This document shows, piece by piece, positions 36,514-41,022 of a stretch of 41,022 nt of DNA (positions are counted from its first letter, which is position 1; each line of letters begins with the position of its first letter). The notes under the pieces were generated by a model that made no database searches, was not told the origin of the DNA, and saw only the letters and a program-made list of their open reading frames with translations. The stretch is from an uncultured Carnobacterium sp. GTDB lineage: Bacteria; Bacillota; Bacilli; Lactobacillales; Aerococcaceae. The position numbers and the translations under genes were made by a program. The stretch spans positions 1-41,022 of the forward strand of contig CALJSD010000223.1 of assembly GCA_937976325.1 (NCBI GenBank), read 5' to 3'.

Positions 36514-37828
36514 TGTACGTGACATTTGCGTAGAATTATTAACGAATGTAGAAAAGAATCAAGCATACTCGACAGTTGCATTTCAAAATGTGTTACAAAA
36601 ACATAAATTGGATGCAAGAGATAGAGGACTATTAACGGAATTATTCTACGGAACGATTCAGCGTAAATTGACATTAGATTTTTATTTAAAACCATTTATC
36701 GAGAAACAAAAGAAAATGGAATTATGGGTGCTAAGTCTCCTACGAATGACTGTATACCAAATGGCGTTTTTAGATCGAGTGCCTGATCACGCAGCTATTT
36801 TTGAAGCCGTTCAAATTGCGAAGAAACGTGGCCATCAAGGCATTGCGAAATTCGTCAATGGTGTTCTCAGGAATGTTCAACGTGCCGGGTTCGATGGAGT
36901 CTCTTCTATTAAAGATGAACGTGAACGTTTGAGTGTCGAATATAGTATGCCACGCTGGATTGTAGATTTATTATTTGAACAATACGTGGAAGAGGCTAGA
37001 GAGATTTTTCCAAGTTTAAATATTGCTCCTCACTTAAGTGCGCGTATTCAAGACCCAGAGATGTCGATTGAAGAAGCAAAAACTCTTCTTCAAGAAGAAG
37101 GTGTGACAGTTCAAGAAAGCAAGTTGTCTCCTCGAGCAGTGATTGTTGAAGAAGGAGATTTACTAGGGTCGAAAGCATTCAAAGATGGAATGGTTACCGT
37201 TCAAGATGAGTCTTCTTCATTAGTGGCTCAAGTAGGGGACTTACAACCTGGAGATAAAGTGCTCGATACTTGTGCAGCGCCTGGAGGAAAAACCACTCAT
37301 TTTGCAAGTTACTTAGTGTCTAAAGAGGGTGGACTTGTAGAAGCCTTGGATTTACACGAAAATAAATTACGTAAAATCCATCAAAACGCAAAACGTTTAG
37401 GAGTAGAAGACAGAATTCATACTCATGCTCTTGATGCTAGAAAAGCGGGAGAGCTCTTCAAAGATGAAAGCTTTGACGCAGTATTTGTAGATGCACCCTG
37501 CTCTGGATTGGGCTTGATGCGTCGTAAACCAGATATAAAATACAAAAAAAATAGTGAAGATTTAACGAAATTAACAAAAATACAGTTGGAAATTTTGTCT
37601 GCAATTGCTACAATGGTAAAGAAAGGTGGAAAACTCATCTATTCAACTTGTACAATTAACAAGGGTGAAAATGAAGAAGTAGTCCATAACTTTTTACGAG
37701 AACATCCGGAATTCGAAGTACAACCAATCGAAGAGTTTGGTTGCACGAAGGAAAATCCGATGCTTACGATTTTACCGCATGAATATCATACAGATGGATT
37801 TTTCATCGCGAGAATGGTAAGGAAATAA
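36506..37828 (+). CDS. rsmB: 16S rRNA (C967-C5)-methyltransferase RsmB/Sun
   Basis: NusB-like N-domain, DTCAAPGGKT, DAPCSG, YSTCT, DGFFIA. Confidence 0.95.
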   Translation: MSNVRDICVELLTNVEKNQAYSTVAFQNVLQKHKLDARDRGLLTELFYGTIQRKLTLDFYLKPFIEKQKKMELWVLSLLRMTVYQMAFLDRVPDHAAIFEAVQIAKKRGHQGIAKFVNGVLRNVQRAGFDGVSSIKDERERLSVEYSMPRWIVDLLFEQYVEEAREIFPSLNIAPHLSARIQDPEMSIEEAKTLLQEEGVTVQESKLSPRAVIVEEGDLLGSKAFKDGMVTVQDESSSLVAQVGDLQPGDKVLDTCAAPGGKTTHFASYLVSKEGGLVEALDLHENKLRKIHQNAKRLGVEDRIHTHALDARKAGELFKDESFDAVFVDAPCSGLGLMRRKPDIKYKKNSEDLTKLTKIQLEILSAIATMVKKGGKLIYSTCTINKGENEEVVHNFLREHPEFEVQPIEEFGCTKENPMLTILPHEYHTDGFFIARMVRK

Positions 37829-37849
37829 ATTCGCAACAGGAGGAAAAAT

Positions 37850-38599
37850 ATGGAGATAGCCATCAAAAGTGACGTCGGACAAAAACGCACTTTAAATGAA
37901 GATGCTGCCGGATATTTTTTGAATACTCAAAACGTGCCGATGATTGTTGTGTGTGACGGAATCGGCGGGCATAATGCTGGGGATGTAGCGAGTGCTATGG
38001 CATTATCGCATTTGGGAAAACGTTGGGAAGAAGAAAGTATTACGGATACAGAAGCCGCTTATCAATGGCTCGTTAAAAATATTCAGGCCGAAAATGATCG
38101 TATTTTCCAAAAAGCGAATCAGTATCGTGAGCTAGATGGAATGGGAACAACAATTGTCGTAGCAGTTGTTATCGGTTCTGAATTATTAATTGCAAACGTC
38201 GGTGATAGCCGTGCTTATTTGTATCGCAATTATCAAATGAAACAATTAACAGAAGACCATACACTCGTACATGAACTGTTAAAATCTGGAGAAATCTCAG
38301 AGGAGGAAGCCAAAAGTCACCCTCAACGGAATATTGTAACGCAGTCTTTAGGGATTACGCTCAATGTCCAGATTGATTTTGTAAGAGTGAGTCTAAAAAA
38401 TGGGGACACGATTTTCCTTTGTTCAGATGGATTATCGAATATGGTTGAAGATCAATATATTAAAGAAATTCTAGGGAATTATTCAGATGTAACAACGCAA
38501 GCAAATAAAGCGGTCGATGCTGCAAATGAAGCGGGCGGTCGCGATAACATTACAGTTGCGATTGCAAAATATACTGCCAGGGAGGAGGTAGAAGAATGA
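37850..38599 (+). CDS. stp: PP2C Ser/Thr phosphatase (Stp1/IreP/PrpC)
   Basis: NED, CDGIGGH, MGTT, NVGDSRAY, LCSDGL, GGRDNIT. Confidence 0.95.
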   Translation: MEIAIKSDVGQKRTLNEDAAGYFLNTQNVPMIVVCDGIGGHNAGDVASAMALSHLGKRWEEESITDTEAAYQWLVKNIQAENDRIFQKANQYRELDGMGTTIVVAVVIGSELLIANVGDSRAYLYRNYQMKQLTEDHTLVHELLKSGEISEEEAKSHPQRNIVTQSLGITLNVQIDFVRVSLKNGDTIFLCSDGLSNMVEDQYIKEILGNYSDVTTQANKAVDAANEAGGRDNITVAIAKYTAREEVEE

Positions 38600-40566
38600 T
38601 TGCACCAGGAAAAACAGTTGGTGGTCGCTATAAGATCAAGTCTCATATTGGGACGGGTGGAATGGCCACTGTATATTTAGCACAAGATTTAATTCTAGAA
38701 AGACCCGTGGCAGTAAAAGTGTTGCGCTTAGACTTCCATACAAATGAAGCTGCGATGAGACGTTTCCAACGAGAAGCGCAATCAGCAACACAATTGGTCC
38801 ATCCAAATATAGTAAGTGTATATGATGTTGGAGAAGAAGACGGAACGAATTACATTGTAATGGAATACGTCGAAGGGACGGATTTGAAAGAGTACATTCG
38901 CGAGAGAGGGCCTCTTCCACCACGCGAAGCTGTTCGTATTATGACACAAATCGTTTCTGCTATTGAGCTTGCTCACCAAAATCGAATCATTCACCGTGAT
39001 ATTAAACCGCAAAACATCTTAATTGATAGAGAAGGTAATGTGAAGATTACAGACTTTGGGATTGCGATTGCACTTTCAGAAACGTCTTTAACACAAACAA
39101 ATACTTTGCTTGGTTCTGTTCATTATTTATCTCCTGAACAGGCAAGAGGTGGAATGGCAACAATCCGCAGTGATATATATGCACTCGGTATCGTATTGTA
39201 TGAGTTATTAGTCGGTGAAGTTCCTTTTGAAGGAGAATCGGCAGTTTCAATTGCGTTGAAACATTTCCAAGAGCCGCTTCCTCGAATTTCACAGATGTTA
39301 CCAACAGTACCACAAAGTTTAGAGAATGTGGTCTTAAAGGCGACGGCGAAAGAACCTCTTGATCGTTATGGTAGTTGTGGAGAAATGTTGGAAGATTTAC
39401 AAACATGCTTAAATCCAGAACGTTTACATGAACCAATGTTTAAGCCAACTGCTTTTAGTCAGGAAACAAAGGTATTACAACCAATTGCGACGGGGCAAAT
39501 CCCTCGTAAGATACCAGCAACAAGTAAGGAAGTTCCTGAAATTCAATTTGACGAAGAAAAGAAAGCTGTTCAAGAGGAACCAAAAAAGAAGAAGAAAAAG
39601 AAATGGCCATGGATCTTATTGTTACTATTTATCATAGTTAGTGCAGGAGCTATCTATGCATTTATTCAAACTTCTCCAAAAGACGTAAAAGTTCCAGATG
39701 TAACGAACCTTACTGAAGCAGATGCCAAAGTAAAACTAGCGGATGCGAACCTTGAAGTGTCAGATGTACAGCAAGTGAAGTCTGATACGGTTGAAGCAGG
39801 AAAAGTCGTAGAGACGAACCCTAAAGCAGGAAGTTCTGTAAAAGAAAAATCTAAAGTTGTATTAAAAGTAAGTGCTGGTAAAGATACCGTTACTGTAGGT
39901 GACTATACAGGTAAGACTTTCGATGAAGCAAAAGCAGCCTTGCAAAAACTAGGAATCGCAGTAGAGAAGAAAGAAAGTTATTCAGATACAGTAGAGTCTG
40001 GTAAGGTAATGGAACAAAGTGTTGCTAAAGGTGAAAAAGTAGTCGCCAAAGATACAAAAATGGTTTTAACCGTATCTAAAGGAAAAGAACCTGTAACATT
40101 AATTAACTTAAAAGGTTATTCACGTTCAGGCGTTGAAGACTACGCGAAAGAACATGGCTTGAAGTTACAAATTTCTGAAGAAAATAGTAATGAAACAGCA
40201 GATACTGTTATTAAACAATCACCAGCAGAAGGAACTGCTCTTAAAAAAGGTGATACTTTAACAGTTGTCATCTCAAAAGGAAAAGGAGAACGAGTAGTAT
40301 CTCGCCAATTCACGATTCCTTATGAAGCGAAAAAGACAAATGGCAATAACGGTAACTCAGCTTCCAACGCCCAAGAAGCAAAACAAAATACAGTTGAAAT
40401 CTTTATTCAAGATGCAAACAACAATATTAATACTGCGTATCGTACCTTCAAGATTTCTGAGAACACAAGTGTAACAATCGACTTTACATTTAATAATCAA
40501 GTTCAAAGTGGTAAATACATCATTAAAAGAGATGGTGTAGCAATCGATACAGGGGTCGTACAGTAG
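38596..40566 (+). CDS. pknB: PASTA-domain Ser/Thr kinase (PknB/Stk1/IreK/PrkC)
   Basis: GTGGMATV, HRDIKPQN, DFG, YLSPE, one TM, three PASTA-like repeats and a C-terminal beta-rich domain. Confidence 0.96.
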   Translation: MIAPGKTVGGRYKIKSHIGTGGMATVYLAQDLILERPVAVKVLRLDFHTNEAAMRRFQREAQSATQLVHPNIVSVYDVGEEDGTNYIVMEYVEGTDLKEYIRERGPLPPREAVRIMTQIVSAIELAHQNRIIHRDIKPQNILIDREGNVKITDFGIAIALSETSLTQTNTLLGSVHYLSPEQARGGMATIRSDIYALGIVLYELLVGEVPFEGESAVSIALKHFQEPLPRISQMLPTVPQSLENVVLKATAKEPLDRYGSCGEMLEDLQTCLNPERLHEPMFKPTAFSQETKVLQPIATGQIPRKIPATSKEVPEIQFDEEKKAVQEEPKKKKKKKWPWILLLLFIIVSAGAIYAFIQTSPKDVKVPDVTNLTEADAKVKLADANLEVSDVQQVKSDTVEAGKVVETNPKAGSSVKEKSKVVLKVSAGKDTVTVGDYTGKTFDEAKAALQKLGIAVEKKESYSDTVESGKVMEQSVAKGEKVVAKDTKMVLTVSKGKEPVTLINLKGYSRSGVEDYAKEHGLKLQISEENSNETADTVIKQSPAEGTALKKGDTLTVVISKGKGERVVSRQFTIPYEAKKTNGNNGNSASNAQEAKQNTVEIFIQDANNNINTAYRTFKISENTSVTIDFTFNNQVQSGKYIIKRDGVAIDTGVVQ

Positions 40567-40575
40567 AGTATATAT

Positions 40576-40610
40576 GAGAGTCTAGGTTCTAGTAACCTAG
40601 GCTCTTTTTT
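40576..40610 (+). terminator. Intrinsic terminator
   Basis: GAGAGTCTAGGTT / AACCTAGGCTCTTTTTT. Confidence 0.85.
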
Positions 40611-40659
40611 GAATTTTTATAGAATAATAAAATAACTAAAATTTTCTTAGTCATTTCAG

Positions 40660-40688
40660 TTGAAATTGGTAATCAGTTATGATAAATT
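40660..40688 (+). promoter_or_regulatory. rrn P1 promoter
   Basis: TTGAAA, 17 bp, TGa-TAAATT; AT-rich UP-like region upstream. Confidence 0.7.
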
Positions 40689-40761
40689 AATATCACTGTT
40701 GAGCGAACGTTCGCTTATAAAACAGTTTCAAAAAAACTTTGAAAAAGTTACATGAAATCTG

Positions 40762-40790
40762 TTGACAGTGAAAATGTCCTGTGATAGGAT
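40762..40790 (+). promoter_or_regulatory. rrn P2 promoter
   Basis: TTGACA, 17 bp, TGa-TAGGAT. Confidence 0.8.
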
Positions 40791-40815
40791 ATAGAAGTTG
40801 TTGCAAAACAACGAT

Positions 40816-40834
40816 TGACCTTTGAAAACTGAAC
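40816..40834 (+). promoter_or_regulatory. rrn leader boxA / processing-stem strand
   Basis: TGACCTTTGAAAACTGAAC, the typical Firmicutes rrn leader motif. Confidence 0.8.
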
Positions 40835-40963
40835 AAAGAAGACGAACCAAATGTGTAGGGACTTCATTTAATGAATGAAGAAACAACAATTTCTTATCTC
40901 TTAAAGAGATACAATAAGTCAGTAATTAAAATGAGCTTTTCAAAGCTCATGAAAATTCAAATT

Positions 40964-41022
40964 TTTCATGAGAGTTTGATCCTGGCTCAGGACGAACGCT
41001 GGCGGCGTGCCTAATACATGCA
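40964..41022 (+). rRNA. rrs: 16S rRNA, 5' end (partial)
   Basis: AGAGTTTGATCCTGGCTCAG (27F site) at 40971-40990 followed by GACGAACGCTGGCGGCGTGCCTAATACATGCA; 5' end estimated from E. coli numbering. Confidence 0.98.

Noticed and set aside
39582..39603. A-rich run in pknB as a frameshift or phase-variation site
   Set aside because: Encodes the usual poly-Lys stretch before the TM helix; frame intact and the run is interrupted by G.
40701..40716. GAGCGAACGTTCGCTT as a LexA box
   Set aside because: GAAC and GTTC lack the 4-bp spacer; it is a hairpin in the rrn P1 leader.

Overview
41-kb chromosomal window from a low-GC Bacilli/Lactobacillales organism (gene order and protein style suggest a Carnobacteriaceae/Enterococcus-like lineage such as Granulicatella; this is inference). 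It is mostly core housekeeping: 3' end of a class A PBP, ylbF-like, yhaO-yhaN-yhaM, glnPQ, Cof-HAD, ytxH-like, hit, ecsAB, ccrZ-trmB, pepA, ytpR, murC, polA, typA, MATE, gmk-rpoZ-priA-fmt-rsmB-stp-pknB, then the tandem promoters, leader and first ~60 nt of a 16S rRNA gene. The variable part is ~5.6-12.7 kb, where prsA normally lies. It carries GNAT + HIT genes, an RclA/MerA-like flavin disulfide reductase followed by a HypR-type Rrf2 repressor with a matching 12-3-12 operator, an orphan Xre/HigA-like antitoxin with its operators, an unannotated 34-codon ORF and a ~280-360 bp nested inverted-repeat element (REPIN/MITE-like or structured RNA). Other notable signals: a near-consensus LexA box plus an internal terminator around the ylbF-yhaONM operon, a GlnR box at glnPQ, several long perfect palindromes, and a motor-less protein in the SftA slot before murC. 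I see no CRISPR array, transposase, integrase, prophage or tRNA, and no clearly new multi-gene system; the best novelty candidates are the 9.1-9.5 kb palindromic element, the membrane-tethered YhaO/YhaN/YhaM module and the reductase-HypR locus.
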